Source: Abditibacterium sp.
GTDB lineage: Bacteria; Armatimonadota; Abditibacteriia; Abditibacteriales; Abditibacteriaceae
Assembly (NCBI GenBank): GCA_965199495.1
Contig: CBDASK010000003.1
Coordinates: 3,904,001 to 3,968,000 of the forward strand
Reading direction: 5' to 3'
Length of the DNA: 64,000 nt
The notes below the pieces were generated by a model, which ran no database searches, had not been told where the DNA came from, and saw only the letters and a list, made by a program, of their open reading frames with translations. Of the stretch, positions 21,901 through 31,900 are shown piece after piece (position 1 is the first letter of the stretch; every line of letters starts with the position of its first letter). The translations under genes were made by a program, and so were the position numbers.

Positions 21901-21918
21901 GAACAAGCCTATTACCAA

Positions 21919-22572
21919 ATGGACACAACCGAACTGCTCAACGCGCTCGCCGACGAAATCCGCATTTGCCCGCTCTGCCGTCTCGCGCAAACGCGCATTC
22001 ACGCCGTCCCCGGCGATGGCAATACCAAAGCGGAAATTATGTTTGTAGGCGAGGGGCCGGGCCAGCAGGAAGACGAGACTGGGCATCCGTTTGTCGGCAA
22101 GTCGGGTAAACTGCTGACAACTGAGTTACGCAAAATTGGAATTACGCGCGATCAGGTGTTCGTCACCAACATCGTGAAGTGTCGTCCGCCGGGCAATCGC
22201 AACCCGTTGGCCGACGAAATCGCCGCGTGCAACGATTGGCTGAGCGCGCAAATCGCTTTGGTCGAGCCAAAATTTATCGTGATCGTGGGTGGGCCGAGTT
22301 TGAACACGCTGGTTTCCAAAGATTTACGGATAACCAAAGCGCGTTCGCGCGTCTTTCGCAAAGAAGGCATTTTGTTCATTCCGATTTTGCATCCCGCCGC
22401 CGCCTTGCGCAGTCCCGATACGATGAAACTATTTCTCGAAGATTTAGCCAATCTGAAAGATTTGCTGGGCCGCGATATTGAGGAAAACGAAATCACCGAC
22501 ATCGTGGACAAGCCCGCCGCCAAAGCAGCCACGGCGAGCGAGGAAGAGGGCGGCACGCTCAGTTTGTTTTAG
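21919..22572 (+). CDS. Uracil-DNA glycosylase family 4 (Fe-S)
   Basis: CPLC, GEGPG-QED-G-PFVG, KCRPPGNRNP, HPAA. Confidence 0.92.
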   Translation: MDTTELLNALADEIRICPLCRLAQTRIHAVPGDGNTKAEIMFVGEGPGQQEDETGHPFVGKSGKLLTTELRKIGITRDQVFVTNIVKCRPPGNRNPLADEIAACNDWLSAQIALVEPKFIVIVGGPSLNTLVSKDLRITKARSRVFRKEGILFIPILHPAAALRSPDTMKLFLEDLANLKDLLGRDIEENEITDIVDKPAAKAATASEEEGGTLSLF

Positions 22573-22576
22573 AAAG

Positions 22577-23362
22577 ATGAAGAGTTCATTCGTATTGTTG
22601 GCGTTAATTGCCGCGCCGTGGCTGGTATCGGCGCACGCGCAAACCGCGCCAGTTCGCATCGCCAAAACGCCCGCCGAGCCGTTGCCGCAAGCTCAGGAAT
22701 TGTTCGATAATCTCTTGGCGCCCTACGAAGCGGCCAAAACGTTTCGCGGTCAATTCGATATTGCCATCAAAGCCCAAGAAAACGCGATTGCCGAAATTGG
22801 GTTGGAAACGCGGTTTCGTTACGACGACCAAAACAATTTGCGTGGGCAGTGGAGCCGCATGAAAGTCGTCGGACGCGCCAAGCCAAAACAGCAACAGACG
22901 TTTCTTTTTGTGGATGATGGACAAACTCAAAAAGTCGTGTTGGTCGAGCAAAAAGTTTGGTGGAATGTGAATCAACGCAATAACTCCGCCGCGTTCTTTT
23001 CGGTTGTCAAACCGTTGATTGATCAAGTGACGCAAGCCTTGGAGAACAACGAAGATTTTGTGCCCGTCGTGAGCCAGTCAACTGACAATGGACGCGCGGT
23101 TTTGGTTTTGAAGTCCGACAAAAGCAAGGTTTTTCGCGCCACCATTGACGCGCAAACGCGCGCGTTGCTGTCGCTCGCGGTGAAAGACAATCTAACGATT
23201 GACGCGACCAAACCCGTTTTTAACGGGCCAATGGCCGACGCCGATTTCGCGTGGGTTGCGCCCGCCGATTATCGTCAAGTCGCGCCCGGCGAAGTCGCGC
23301 CGCCCGCCTCATTGGGCATCACGATTCCGGGGTTGGACGGCGGAAATCAAGTGCCGAATTGA
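22577..23362 (+). CDS. Secreted LolA-like fold protein, paralog 1
   Basis: Signal peptide ending AHA, beta-rich body with V-DDG, IDAQT and C-terminal F-W-AP pattern typical of LolA-like families. Confidence 0.55.
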   Translation: MKSSFVLLALIAAPWLVSAHAQTAPVRIAKTPAEPLPQAQELFDNLLAPYEAAKTFRGQFDIAIKAQENAIAEIGLETRFRYDDQNNLRGQWSRMKVVGRAKPKQQQTFLFVDDGQTQKVVLVEQKVWWNVNQRNNSAAFFSVVKPLIDQVTQALENNEDFVPVVSQSTDNGRAVLVLKSDKSKVFRATIDAQTRALLSLAVKDNLTIDATKPVFNGPMADADFAWVAPADYRQVAPGEVAPPASLGITIPGLDGGNQVPN

Positions 23363-23376
23363 CGCGCGTTACTGCT

Positions 23377-24183
23377 ATGAAAAACATCAACATTATTCCT
23401 CTCGTTTTATCGGCACTCGTCGCGGCGCCGACGTTGGTTTCGGCGCAGACGGCGCCGGTTCGCATCGCGAAAGCGCCGCAAGAACCAATGCCCAAAGCGC
23501 AGGAGTTGTTCAATAATCTGTTCGCGCCTTATGCGGCGGCGAAGACGTTTAGCGGGAATTTCGATATTCTCATACGGGTCAATGAACAATCGCAGCCAAT
23601 TGAAGAGTATCGACTGCGGACGGCATTTCGCTTTGACGATAATGGCAACTTGGAGCGCCAAAATACGACGATGACGGTTGTGGGGCGTTCTGAACCTAAG
23701 GCGCGTCAAACCTTCCGATTTGTGGATGATGGGCGCACCAATACAGTTGTCTTTGTCGATCAGAAGTCGTGGGCGCATAAGGAGCCGCGCGATACTTCGC
23801 CTGCTCTCATCACTACGCTTAAGGCGGCTTTGGATGCATCGACGCTGGCTCTTCGTAATAGCCCCGGTTTCGTGCCCGTCATTTCCAGAGGTTTGGATGC
23901 GGGGCGTCCTGTTTGGATTCTGAAAGCGAAACGTAGCAACGCTGTGCGTATTGTGGTGGACGCGCAGACGCGTGCGCTTCGCTCTTTTGACATTTTGGAC
24001 GAAAATCAGAGAGTTTCGATTCGCGGTTCAGAACAAGTTTTCAACGAGCCGATTGCAGACGAGGCTTTCCTGTGGACGCCGCCCACCGATTTTAAAAATG
24101 TCGCAGCGGATGACATTCATTTGCCGCCGACTCTGGGCATCGTAGTCACTACGACTTCCGATGGAACAACATTAATCGACTAA
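23377..24183 (+). CDS. Secreted LolA-like fold protein, paralog 2
   Basis: Shares AQTAPVRIAK-P-EP-P-AQELF-NL-APY-AAKTF, FVDDG and DAQTRAL with the upstream gene. Confidence 0.55.
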   Translation: MKNINIIPLVLSALVAAPTLVSAQTAPVRIAKAPQEPMPKAQELFNNLFAPYAAAKTFSGNFDILIRVNEQSQPIEEYRLRTAFRFDDNGNLERQNTTMTVVGRSEPKARQTFRFVDDGRTNTVVFVDQKSWAHKEPRDTSPALITTLKAALDASTLALRNSPGFVPVISRGLDAGRPVWILKAKRSNAVRIVVDAQTRALRSFDILDENQRVSIRGSEQVFNEPIADEAFLWTPPTDFKNVAADDIHLPPTLGIVVTTTSDGTTLID

Positions 24184-24362
24184 AGATTTCGTCGGCCCAA
24201 GCCGCGCACTTTTGGCGCGGCTTTAATTGAGAAAACAACGGCTTTAATAACCGTTGACATTTTTAGCGCGCGAAACCGAGATTTAGTTCGCGCTCTGGAT
24301 AGAAATGCCCGAATTTGTCGGGTGTGAGAAAGCAAAAGTCTCGCTGAGACGACATACATAAC

Positions 24363-26024
24363 ATGAAAGACAAAATCAAAATCATTCCGCTTGGCGGGGT
24401 GGCCGAAATCGGCAAGAACATGATGGTTTACGAATACGACGAGAAAATTCTCATCGTGGACTGCGGAGTGATGTTTCCCGACGAAGAACATCCCGGCGTT
24501 GACCTCATCATCCCGGACTTTACCTATTTGCGTGAGAACCGCGACAAAATCGTCGGTATCTGCATCACGCACGGCCACGAAGATCACGTCGGCGCGATGG
24601 GTTATTTCGTTTCCGAATTCCCCGAAGTCAAGGTTTATTCGTCGCCGCTCACCCTCGGTATTATGATGGGCAAACTGCGCGAGGCGCCGGTCTCGCCCGA
24701 AGACGTGAAAACCCAACAGGTTTTGCCGGGCGACATCGTGCAAATCGGGCCGTTCAAAGTCGAATTCATGCGCGTTTCGCACTCGATTCCCGACGCCTGC
24801 GGTTTGGCGATTACGACCGAACTTGGCACGGTTGTGCAATCGGGCGACTTCAAATGGGACATGACGCCCGTTGACGGAAAACTGCCGATGCAGGGCCGCT
24901 TCGCCCAGCACGGCGACGAAGGCGTTCTGGCGCTTTTGAGCGACACCACCAACGCCGGACGCGCCGGAGTTTGCGAATCCGAATCGTCGGTTCGTCCAGC
25001 TCTCGAACGCATTTTCGCCGACGCGCCCGGTCGCATTTTCGTGGCGACTTTTGGCTCCAATATCCATCGCGTCCAGCAAATCCTCGACGTGGCTCATCTT
25101 TACGGGCGCACCGTCGCTTACACGGGCCGCTCGATGCTGACGATTTGCGGCGTCGCGACCGAACTGGGTTATCTCAAGCCGCCGGTTCCCGTCATTGATG
25201 TCGAGAAGATCGACGATTACGCCGACGAGAAAATCTGCGTTATCATGACCGGTTCGCAGGGCGAGCCGATGGCGGCGCTTTCCAAAATCGCGCGCGGCAA
25301 CAACCGGTTCATCTCGCTCAAAGAGAACGATATGGTCGTGTTTTCTTCGACGCCGATTCCCGGCAACGAAAGTTCGGTTTACAAAGTCGTCAACAATTTG
25401 TGTGTCGCGGGCGTTCACGTTCACCGTGCGCCGCACGATCACGTTCACGTTTCGGGTCACGGCAACGACGAAGATTTGCGGATTCTGCTCAACTTGACCA
25501 AGCCGAAATATGCCGTGCCCTATCACGGCGAACCGCGTCACGCTTTGGCCTACGCCGATTTGTGCGAGGCGATGGGTTATGACCGCAACAAAATTCCATT
25601 CTTGCAGGTCGGCGATGTTTTGGAAATCGGCAAAGATTCGATCAACATCACCGAGCAAGTTGCGGCGGGCGCGGTTCTGGTGGACGGTTTGACGATTGGC
25701 GATGTCGGCTATTCGGTGCTGCGCGACCGCAAGCATCTCAGCGAAGATGGCGTGGTCATCGCGACGCTGATTATGGACAAGAAAAAGGGCACCATTCTGG
25801 ACGGCCCCAACCTGACGCATCGCGGCTTTTTACACGCTCCGGCCAACACCGCGTTTTTGGACAGAGCCGAAGAGTTAGTTGAAGACAAGTTGGAGAAACT
25901 CAACGGCAAAGTCGGCGGCGACGTGGCTGGCGTTTCGCGCGTGGTGCGCGAAACGCTGAGTGACCATTTCTGGTCGCAAATGCGGAGACGTCCGTTGATT
26001 TTGCCGGTGATTATGGAAGTTTAG
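24363..26024 (+). CDS. rnj: Ribonuclease J
   Basis: PLGGVAEIGKN, THGHEDH, HSIPD, TGSQGEP, PIPGNE, HVSGH, PYHGE, RRPLILP. Confidence 0.97.
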   Translation: MKDKIKIIPLGGVAEIGKNMMVYEYDEKILIVDCGVMFPDEEHPGVDLIIPDFTYLRENRDKIVGICITHGHEDHVGAMGYFVSEFPEVKVYSSPLTLGIMMGKLREAPVSPEDVKTQQVLPGDIVQIGPFKVEFMRVSHSIPDACGLAITTELGTVVQSGDFKWDMTPVDGKLPMQGRFAQHGDEGVLALLSDTTNAGRAGVCESESSVRPALERIFADAPGRIFVATFGSNIHRVQQILDVAHLYGRTVAYTGRSMLTICGVATELGYLKPPVPVIDVEKIDDYADEKICVIMTGSQGEPMAALSKIARGNNRFISLKENDMVVFSSTPIPGNESSVYKVVNNLCVAGVHVHRAPHDHVHVSGHGNDEDLRILLNLTKPKYAVPYHGEPRHALAYADLCEAMGYDRNKIPFLQVGDVLEIGKDSINITEQVAAGAVLVDGLTIGDVGYSVLRDRKHLSEDGVVIATLIMDKKKGTILDGPNLTHRGFLHAPANTAFLDRAEELVEDKLEKLNGKVGGDVAGVSRVVRETLSDHFWSQMRRRPLILPVIMEV

Positions 26025-26038
26025 GTTCGACACATCAG

Positions 26039-26073
26039 AAAACGCCGCCCTTTTCGCGAGGGCGGCGTTTTTT
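26039..26073 (+). terminator. Intrinsic terminator after rnj
   Basis: AACGCCGCCCT-TTTCGCG-AGGGCGGCGTT followed by TTTT. Confidence 0.8.
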
Positions 26074-26143
26074 GTCGGTAACCGGAAATAACACAATTGC
26101 CAACGCCGCTTTAAACTCTCGTAAATGTTAAAATAATTCTCCT

Positions 26144-27043
26144 ATGATGACGCTCGATTCTGTTGCGCTCAGCGACAAGCAAGCCGAGATCGCCGAATTT
26201 TATGCGCGTAACGGCTATTACGTTTTAGCAGACGGCTTTTCTGCCGACGAAATTCAGGCGTTGCGCGACGAAACCGTGCGTATTTGCGCGGGCGAAGTCG
26301 GCGCCGTGGCTGGCGCCGACGGGCGACGGCTCGGCGAAACTGACGACGAACTGTTGCGCCGCTATTTGTGCATTCATTTTCCTCACAAAATTTCGCCGCT
26401 CATGTTTGACGCGCTTTCGCAACCGAATATGGTCGAGGCGCTGACGGCGATGATTGGGCCGAACGTGAAATGTATGCAATCCATGTTGTTCGTTAAAGCG
26501 GCGGGCAAGCCCGGTCAGGCGTGGCATCAGGACGAAGATTACATCCCGACGCGCGACCGCAGTTTGTGCGGCGCGTGGATCGCGATGGACGACGCAACAA
26601 TCGAAAATGGCTGTCTGTGGATAATTCCCGGCAGCCATAAACCCGGCATTTTGTGGCAACAGGAATGGCACGCCGACCGGCGCTTCGACTGTTCATGGGA
26701 AAGTGTGGATTTTCCCTATTCGGATGAAGACGCAATTCCCGTCGAAGTCAAAGCGGGCACCATCGTGTTTTTCAACGGTTACACGCTGCACCGCAGCTTG
26801 CCCAACGTCGCCAAGTCGGGTTATCGGCGCGCTCTGGTTAATCATTACATGAGCGCGCAGTCGTTTTTGCCGTGGTTTGGGCCGCGCGAGGGCGAAAACG
26901 TCATGGCCCAACTCGACATGCGCGACATCGTGATGGTCGCGGGCGCTGATCCTTATGCGAATCGGGGCGTCGAAGAGCGCACAACGCCGCATGTGCGCGC
27001 GGCAGGCGATGGCGGTTGTGGCACGAGCGAATACCAAGATTAG
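26144..27043 (+). CDS. Phytanoyl-CoA dioxygenase (PhyH) family Fe/2-oxoglutarate dioxygenase
   Basis: WHQD, ENGCLWIIPGSH, LHRSLPN...RRAL. Confidence 0.9.
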   Translation: MMTLDSVALSDKQAEIAEFYARNGYYVLADGFSADEIQALRDETVRICAGEVGAVAGADGRRLGETDDELLRRYLCIHFPHKISPLMFDALSQPNMVEALTAMIGPNVKCMQSMLFVKAAGKPGQAWHQDEDYIPTRDRSLCGAWIAMDDATIENGCLWIIPGSHKPGILWQQEWHADRRFDCSWESVDFPYSDEDAIPVEVKAGTIVFFNGYTLHRSLPNVAKSGYRRALVNHYMSAQSFLPWFGPREGENVMAQLDMRDIVMVAGADPYANRGVEERTTPHVRAAGDGGCGTSEYQD

Positions 27044-27060
27044 AGGGCACGATGAGAGAA

Positions 27061-27214
27061 GGGGAATATTTTCCACAAAAACGCAAAAACCACAAAGGGC
27101 ACAAAAAATTCAAAAATACTTGGTCGAACTTTCTTCGTTGGAAAATTGTTCTTTAAACCCTTTTGAATTTTTTGTGCCCTTTGTGGTTTTTGCGTTTTTG
27201 TGGAAAATTTCCCC
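27061..27214. repeat. Long inverted repeat with periodic CACAAA/CGCAAA units, copy 1
   Basis: Arm TTTTCCACAAAAACGCAAAAACCACAAAGGGCACAAAAAATTCAAAA is mirrored about 45 bp downstream. Lies between convergent genes. Confidence 0.85.
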
Positions 27215-27244
27215 CTCAATTTGCTATCTACAACGATGCGTCCG

Positions 27245-27868
27245 CTAACTTTGATCTTCCGGCGTGGCTGCTGTTGGGCGCGGCCCGAATAATTGCGCCA
27301 TCGGCAATTTTAAACCTGCAAATAATTCGGGCGCGAACTCGCCCTCATCGGACAAACTCGCCTCGAAACGATATTCGCCTTCGACCAAATGAAACGCCTG
27401 AAATATCCAGTATTCGGGGTCAATCGTCCAGTAATATTTGACGCCAATTTCGGCGTAGACATCGAACTTGTAAAATCGGTCGGTGTTCTGGCTCGACGGC
27501 GAAACGATTTCGACGACTAAATCGGGCACGGCGCGCAGATATTTGCCGTTCTCGCTTTCGACAACCGCTTCGTCGTTGGTCGCATAATAAATCAAATCGG
27601 GAATCAGCGTGCGATAATTATCGATTTTCAAGTCCACGGGTTGCGGATAAAGCAAACCGTGTCCGCCGCCATCAATCCAAGCTTCGAGAAATTTGAGCAG
27701 ACGGCGGTAAAGTTTCTGGTGGCGAAGTGTAGGTGAGGGCATAAGAATGGGAATTCCGTCGTGCAGTTCGCGCAGTTTGTCGTCGGGCAGGGCGGCGATT
27801 TCGTCATACGTCCATTTTCTCTGGCCGTTAGCAGCCACGGCGGGCGGATGGGGCAATTCGGCAATCAT
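27245..27868 (-). CDS. Uma2 family PD-(D/E)XK endonuclease-like protein
   Basis: EL-DG...PSP--HQ, IPDLIY, PDLVVEIVSPS, K---Y---GV-YYWTIDP. GAGGAG precedes ATG 27868. Confidence 0.88.
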   Translation of the reverse strand: MIAELPHPPAVAANGQRKWTYDEIAALPDDKLRELHDGIPILMPSPTLRHQKLYRRLLKFLEAWIDGGGHGLLYPQPVDLKIDNYRTLIPDLIYYATNDEAVVESENGKYLRAVPDLVVEIVSPSSQNTDRFYKFDVYAEIGVKYYWTIDPEYWIFQAFHLVEGEYRFEASLSDEGEFAPELFAGLKLPMAQLFGPRPTAATPEDQS

Positions 27869-27943
27869 GATTTGGTTCTCCTCTGTCTGAGAGTTTAATT
27901 CGTTGGCGCGCTTGGCCCCAAAACGGCAACTCCAACCGCGCTC

Positions 27944-28759
27944 ATGTCCCCTCTTCAAACCGGTCTGGTCACCGCCAAGTTCAACGAAAAAATCAAACTC
28001 GCCGATATCAATACGCGCTCGACGGGCGATTACAACGATAAAGACGAAGCCAAAAAGCACTCGGCAGAACTCGTCAAACGCATCGCCAAACTGCAACGCG
28101 CGCTGTTCGCCGAACAAAAGCAAGCGCTTTTAATCGTGCTGCAAGCCACCGATACCGGCGGCAAAGACGGCACGATTCGTCATTTATTAACCGGCGTCAA
28201 TCCGCAGGGCGTGCGCGTGACCGGTTTTGGCGTGCCGACGCCGCTCGAAGCGGCCCACGATTTTCTGTGGCGCGTGCATATCGCGGCGCCCGCGCACGGC
28301 ATGATCGGCGTGTGGAATCGCTCGCACTACGAAGATGTTTTGGTGGTGCGCGTCCACGATTTAGTGCCCGAAAAAGTCTGGAAAGCGCGCTACGAAGCCA
28401 TCAACAACTTCGAGAAAATGTTAAGCCAGAGCGGCACGAAAATCCTCAAGTTCTATCTGCATTTGTCCAAAGATGAACAAAAAGAACGCCTGCAATCTCG
28501 TTTGGACGAGCCGGACAAAAACTGGAAGTTCAAGCCCGCCGATTTAAAAGAACGCGAATCGTGGGACGAATATCAAGCGGCCTATCAAGATATGATCAAC
28601 AAATGCTCGACCGATTGGGCGCCGTGGCACATCGTGCCTGCCGATCGCAAATGGGCGCGCAACGTCGCCATCGCCGAGAAAGTCGTGCAAACGTTGGAAG
28701 CGATGAACCCGCAATATCCGACGGCGGATTTCGACGCGAGCAAAATTGAGATTGATTAG
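27944..28759 (+). CDS. ppk2: Polyphosphate kinase 2 family (class III-like)
   Basis: LQATDTGGKDG, HDFLWR, NRSHYEDVLV, KNWKF, APWHIVPADRKW. Confidence 0.92.
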   Translation: MSPLQTGLVTAKFNEKIKLADINTRSTGDYNDKDEAKKHSAELVKRIAKLQRALFAEQKQALLIVLQATDTGGKDGTIRHLLTGVNPQGVRVTGFGVPTPLEAAHDFLWRVHIAAPAHGMIGVWNRSHYEDVLVVRVHDLVPEKVWKARYEAINNFEKMLSQSGTKILKFYLHLSKDEQKERLQSRLDEPDKNWKFKPADLKERESWDEYQAAYQDMINKCSTDWAPWHIVPADRKWARNVAIAEKVVQTLEAMNPQYPTADFDASKIEID

Positions 28760-28764
28760 GCAGA

Positions 28765-28971
28765 GGTGCCAGCGAATAAATTCGCGGCTGGGGGGCTGAA
28801 GCCGGGCGTCCCCCTGCGGGGACGCGATTACATCTTGTCCGCGAAGGCGGACTTCCGGCTTTAGCCTCTCAGCCGCGAATTTATTCGCTGGCACCGGACG
28901 CAACTGCATCTTGTCCGCGCAGGCGGACTTCCGGCTTTAGCCTCTCAGCCGCGAATTTATTCGCTGGCACC
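28765..28971. repeat. Three-unit GCGAATAAATTCGC repeat cluster (one inverted unit plus two tandem 65-bp copies)
   Basis: 28831-28895 and 28907-28971 are near-identical direct repeats. The unit starting at 28765 is their inverted counterpart. Confidence 0.85.
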
Positions 28972-28990
28972 AACACGTCATACTTTACTT

Positions 28991-31900
28991 ATGTCGCAAT
29001 CCACCACTTTGCAAACGCCCGATGCCGACTTGCACATTAGAACCATTGATGGCGAGCCGACCACAGATGCCGAGATTTTGCCGCTGCAAAATGGTAAATT
29101 TCCCATTATCGGGTTGGGCGGTTCGGCGGGCGCTATCGAGCCGCTGCAAACCTTTTTTAGCAATATGCCGCCCAATCCCGGCATGGCGTTCGTGGTGATT
29201 ATGCACCTCTCGCCCGATTACGAAAGCAATCTCGATTCGATTTTGGCCAAGGTCACCAAAATGCCAGTGATTCAGGTCAACCAAAACCAGAAAATCGAAG
29301 CCAATCACGTTTACGTGATTCCGCCGACGCATTTGCTTTCGATGGAAGATACCCACATCGAGTTGGCGCAGTTGCAACGCGAAAACGGCAAGCGCGTCGC
29401 GGTTGACTTGTTCTTTCGCGCTCTGGCCGAATCGCAGGAAGCGCGCGCGATTTGTATCGTGTTATCGGGCACCGATTCCGATGGCTCGATTGGACTCAAG
29501 CGCGTCAAAGAGCGCGGCGGACTGACCATCGCGCAGGAACCCGACGAAGCGCAATACGACGAAATGCCGCGCAACGCCATCGAAACCGGCATGGTGGATT
29601 GGATTTTGCCGGTCGCGCAAATGCCCGCGCGTCTGCTCAAAATGTTGAGCAAAGAACCCTCGCTTCGGTTGCCGTCGGTGCATCCGCCGACCCAAGAAAG
29701 CGGAGGCGCCGACGCCGAAACCGCGTTGCGGCAAATTCTCGAATTTCTCGAAGCCAGCACCGGCCACAATTTTATTCATTACAAACGCGCCACGATTTTG
29801 CGGCGCCTCGCGCGCCGTTTGCAGGTCAACGGCTTGGAAGATTTGCCGTCGTATCTGGATTATATGCGCACCAACGCGGGCGAAAGCGTGGCGTTGTTGC
29901 AGGATTTGCTGATTAGCGTCACCAACTTTTTCCGCGATAAAACCGCGTTCGAGGCGCTCGAAATGATGTTGCCCTCGCTGTTGCGCGGCAAAAACGAGAA
30001 CGAGCAAATTCGGGTGTGGGTGTCCGGCTGCGCGACCGGCGAAGAAGCCTATTCGCTCGCGATGATTTTGGCCGAATACGTCGAGAATCACGCGCCCACG
30101 CTCAAAGTGCAGGTGTTTGCCACCGACATAGACACTGGCGCCATCGCCTTTGCGCGCGAGGGTTTGTATCCGACTTCGATTGTCGCCGACGTTTCGCCCG
30201 AACGATTGCGCCGCTTTTTCGTGCCCGAACAGGGCCGCTATCGCATTCGCAAAGACCTGCGCGAAACCGTGTTGTTCGCCGCGCACAACCTGCTGCGCGA
30301 CCCGCCGTTTTCGACGCTCGACTTGATTTCGTGCCGCAACCTGCTGATTTATTTCGGCAGCGAAGCGCAGGAACGCGTCTTCGATACTTTTCATTTCGCG
30401 CTGCGGCCCGGCGGCCATTTGATGTTGGGTTCGAGCGAAGCCGTCGGCGCTTCGCCGCTTTTTAGTCCCTTAGACAAACGCAACCGCATTTTCGAGCGCC
30501 GCGAAATGCCGCGCCCCGCGCTTCCGCTGCAAACTTTGCAAGTGCCAGCGTTGCCACGTCGCCGCAGCACGGCGATTTTGCCCGCGACTTTGCTGCCGCC
30601 CGCGACGCTTGGCGCCACGCCCGGCGACGCCGTGGCTGCACGCGCCGAGGTGCAGGAAGAACGCGGATTTTCTAATTTCGGCGAGCTGCATCTGCAACTT
30701 CTGGAAGAATACGCGCCGCCTTCGATTTTGGTCAACGAAGATTACGACATCGTTCATCTGTCCGACGGCGCCGGGCGATTTTTGCAGTGGGGCGGCGGCG
30801 AAGTCTCGATTAATCTGCTCAAAGTCGCGCCGCCCGAACTGCGTTTGGAACTGCAAACCGCGCTGTTTCAGGCGCTGCAAAGCGGCGAGCGCGTCGAAGT
30901 TCCGCAGTTGCCGGTGCGCACCGATGGCCAACTGCGTTCGGTTCGCCTGATGGTGCGCCCGCTCATGCGCGAGGGCGCGGGCCAGAGTTTTCTGCTGGTG
31001 ATTTTCGAGTTGCAAAGCGAAACGCCTCAACTCGCGCCCATCGCCGATGAGCCTGTCGCGCGCCGCCTCGAAACCGAGTTGCAGCACGTTCGCACCCAAC
31101 TCAAAGCGACTTCGCGGCAATACGAAGTTTCGACCGAAGAACTCAAAGCCTCCAACGAAGAGTTGCAGGCGATGAACGAAGAGTTGCGCAGCGCCACCGA
31201 AGAACTCGAAACCGGCAGGGAAGAGTTGCAATCGGTCAACGAAGAATTGATTACCGTCAACGCCGAGCTAAAACACAAAGTCGAGGAAGTCAGTCTGGCC
31301 AACAGCAACCTCAACAACTTGATGGCTTCGACCGAAATCGCCACGATTTTTCTGGATCGCGTGGGCCGCATCCGGCGCTACACGCCGCGCGCCATCGAAC
31401 TGTTTCACCTGATTCCGACCGACGTTGGCCGACCTCTGGCCGATTTGCGCCACAAATTTCGCTACGAAGATTGGGCCAGAGACGCGCAGAAAACCTTGGC
31501 CGATCTGTCGGTTATCGAACACGAAGTGCGCACGCAAGACGGCCAATGGTTTTTGTCGCGGATGCTGCCGTATCGCACCGTCGAAGACCACATTGATGGT
31601 GTGGTATTAACTTTCGTGGACATCACCGCGCGCAAGAACGCCGAGGAAGCCACGCGCTCCAGCGAAGAACGTTTTCGCCTGCTGGTCGGGGGCGTGCAGG
31701 ATTACGCGATTTTCCTGTTCGACGAAAACGGCACCATCACCAGTTGGAATTCGGGCGTCGAGCGCGTGTTGGGCTACCGACAATCGCAGTGGATCGGGCG
31801 CAACTGGAACATTTTGTTTCCGCCCGACGAGCGGTATAAATGCGCCGAAATTATGGAGCGGGCGCGCAATAACAACGGCGCGGTCAGCGAACGCTGGGAA

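Noticed and set aside
24180..25820. 546-aa antisense ORF
   Set aside because: Shadow of rnj in a GC-rich genome. The same applies to 12381-14018, 9745-10566 and 48105-48989.
28765..28971. Possible CRISPR array
   Set aside because: Only two direct 65-bp copies with an 11-bp gap plus one inverted copy. No unique spacers and no cas genes.
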